From the NCBI GenBank assembly GCA_030141605.1, contig JAQGDQ010000392.1, positions 62,001 to 126,000 on the forward strand: a stretch of 64,000 nucleotides of DNA, written 5' to 3'. The DNA is from Tubiluchus corallicola (lineage: Eukaryota; Animalia; Priapulida). The notes under the pieces were generated by a model. That model saw only the letters and a list, made by a program, of their open reading frames with translations. It made no database searches and was not told the origin of the DNA. This document shows positions 61,351-64,000 of this stretch, one piece after another. The stretch's first letter is position 1. Every line of letters starts with the position of its first letter. The translations under genes and the position numbers were made by a program.

Positions 61351-61708
61351 TGACTGGAAAACGATGAAAAATGGTAATTCTAGACTATTAGGCTGTATTC
61401 TTCAAAGACTCGACAAAGTATTTCCTCATCAAGTGCGTTATTTTGTTAATAAAGAGCATACACGTTACATAGTCTTTTACTAGATTTCCAAATAAAGCGT
61501 AAGTAAATCATTTTAATGTCAAAATAGTTACAAAATGGCGACCCCCTAGAAGTCCATAACCATAAAAGTAAAATGCATTGGATTCATGAACTCTTTTTAT
61601 GTTAAAGCTCAGTATACTGTAGCTTATGAAGAAACTGAGACGTATGCGGTGGAGGGAAATGCTAGTGGAAATACTGATAAACTCATGGCTTTAAAATATC
61701 AGAGTCTG

Positions 61709-61825
61709 AATTTAGGCATGTGTGCAGAACTATTATTTATTAATTTTACCAAGGTTTACCAATAATTGCTAGACTTCGCGGTGAACTTTGGTAAAATTAA
61801 TAGGTCTGCGTGCATGCCCAAATTT
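61709..61825. repeat. Long imperfect inverted repeat (foldback/MITE-like hairpin)
   Basis: AATTTAGGCATGTGTGCAGAACTATT...ATTAATTTTACCAAGGTTTACC pairs with GGTGAACTTTGGTAAAATTAATAGGTCTGCGTGCATGCCCAAATT. Confidence 0.75.
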
Positions 61826-62759
61826 TTGTGAGATACAGTTGGTAATATAAAAGGTCCTTTAAGTAAGGCTTTTTAATGCTGCGAATGAGTGTGCTCGGAC
61901 ACTCAGAAATTACGACTTCACGTTTCAGAAGGACGAGTTATTTGCATTCGGGTGCATTTGTACTTGGAACTCAACAAAAGAAAGTTGCTGTGATGACTGC
62001 GCATTAATGCATTTTTTGTGCTGAAGACATGTTTTGTATCCATAATGTTTTAGGTACGATATAACTCGGTCAAATCAGTTAACATTTCCTTCCCTCAAGT
62101 TTCCGACTTGTAGTTCCAAGTTGTGTAGCATGTAGTGATGTTACCGAATCTAAAATTACAAACCGAAATTTATGAAACATAGGAAACCGAAATGAAACCA
62201 AACCGTAATCATTTTTGCGGGATGGACTACTATCAAAACTGAAAAAAATCCTGAAATAAATATCAAAATTTCTTGTTTGCATTTTTATTTGCTCTGATAC
62301 AAGTTTGATGAAGTAGCTAAGCAAAAAATCTTAACCAGAAAAGTAGAACAATGGTAAAAGATCATGATGCTTCAAAAATTGGCAAGTTTTATTTTATAAA
62401 TATTTTGTTGTCTATATAAATTTCATAAATTATCGATTAGACTTGGTTTTATTCAAGTTAAGCTTTAATATTTCGATTGATTGTGCCTGAAGACCTTAGA
62501 GCTTCACAGTCGTCAGCACTAAAGATTTTCTCCATTGCTGTAAAAAGCTTGCTACAATTGGAGCAAAAGGTTAAATATAACGATATTTACGCTGTATTTG
62601 AACTATATTAGCCAAAATTTTCAGCGATTTTTAACAGCTAGGAGAAAAACTAGGTAGGCTGGATAAATCCTACTAAAATCTGGGAAAAATGCTACTGAAA
62701 GTTTTGGCTACGAAACTTAATAATTTTCAGCGAAAACGAAACTGAACCAAAGTGCAATT

Positions 62760-63330
62760 TGTAGACCTGAAAAACTTTTTTGCGACATGGTAGTTCTGAA
62801 CATCCATGTTTCCGAGCCACTTGAACAGCAGCATAGTTAGGTGGTGCAGGCATCGTATCTGCATACTCTTACGTACCTGCATGTATCTCATTACAAGAAG
62901 ATATGTATGTACATATAGATTGCAAAGTGTGCCCAACTACTGAGCCCACGGAGTGAGTTTCGGTCTTCTTGCTAATGGGCAGGTGAACCTTTCCGTAAAT
63001 CTGCAACATATTTTTGAGGTGTTGTAGATTCCTAGTTCCTAACAGATCAGAAGAGTGTACAAACCTTGTTGTTTTTGGAGCAAATAAATTTCTTACCAAG
63101 GGCCGACTGCCAGGCAACAGCCGTTAGGCTGATTTGAATACAGTAAATCCTCATAATGGACTAATGGGGGAAGGGTAGTCTGTTATAACCAAGGGACACT
63201 ACCTACTAATTAGTATATTTACTGGAAGAATGAACCAGTGAGTGAGGACACTTTGTTTTGTAACTCCAACGTTTAATAAATGTTAAGCGCTTCCTTCCAG
63301 CTTGCATCTGAAATGAGGTAACAATACCTG
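62760..63330 (-). mobile_element. Highly decayed coding-like segment, possibly an RTE-group LINE
   Basis: The minus strand gives MLL..., then after a frameshift GSETW near 62810, resembling the RTE LLYGSETW motif. There are many stops. Confidence 0.3.
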
Positions 63331-63898
63331 ATAAACTTGTCTTTGTTACATATTTTCATCTACAAATACTGCGAGTATTAAAAACTGTATAACGCTGGAA
63401 TTGAAGGCTTAAACTAGTGGAATAGTAGATTTTCAACCTGTTGAATTATAAGCATTTTCTACTTCTGTTTCTTGTCTTAAGGAAATTTCTGCACAAATTG
63501 CGTTAAGTTTCTGGTAATGCACGAAAACATTAGGCTACTTGGAACAAGTGAAAACGTTTTAAGAGGTAGATTTGCAATCTGTTTTTATTAAGTTCAATGG
63601 CTAAGGGGTGGTAAGTTTGGCAGATTTTCGTATTAATAGAAAAACAAAGAAAGCTAACAGCATAATTAATATGTGCACTTATACATACATACTTAACTCA
63701 TACAAATAGGTTCAGACCACCAAATTCCCACCCCATCACCCATCCTCGAATATCATTATAAAAATTCAGTCTGGTAAACTTAGGTTGTAATGCGTAAAGG
63801 TTTGGTGAACCTTCATGTATACCAAAGTCACATTCATTGAAAATTATGTTAAACAAACCGAATATTGCTTATAATGGTTGTAATATATGTTGCCTGTA

Positions 63899-63926
63899 AT
63901 ATATATATATATATATATATATATAT
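63899..63926. repeat. (TA)n microsatellite (others at ~8220-8241 and ~48573-48591)
   Basis: Seen directly. Confidence 0.9.
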
Positions 63927-64000
63927 CCTATAATGCTTATAAAAATTTATCCTACAAAAGCTGATAGTAAACAGCAAACAGTTGCTCAGCAGCCGACAGT

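Overview
AT-rich, intron-rich animal genomic DNA, not prokaryotic. Five spliced protein-coding genes were rebuilt by hand with GT-AG boundaries and consistent reading phases: TIMM29 (-, 2 exons), COMMD1 (-, 4 exons), a multi-pass GDPD5/GDE2-like glycerophosphodiester phosphodiesterase (-, 13 exons), AKT/PKB (+, 11 exons) and GLO1 (-, 6 exons). The Akt motifs are arthropod-like ([24 protein letters not shown]), and COMMD1 and a GDE2-like gene are both present, so I infer a non-insect invertebrate; the species cannot be fixed from the sequence. Introns and intergenic DNA carry many small non-autonomous DNA transposons (hAT, pogo/Tigger-like, PIF/Harbinger-like), tRNA-headed SINEs, decayed LINE fragments, minisatellites and local duplications. 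I found no convincing new multi-gene system. The best leads are an intact invertebrate homolog of the GDE2 family (often described as vertebrate-specific), a COMMD1 lacking the proposed copper ligands, and a candidate CRE+FOXO Akt promoter. Homology comparisons are from memory, not database searches.
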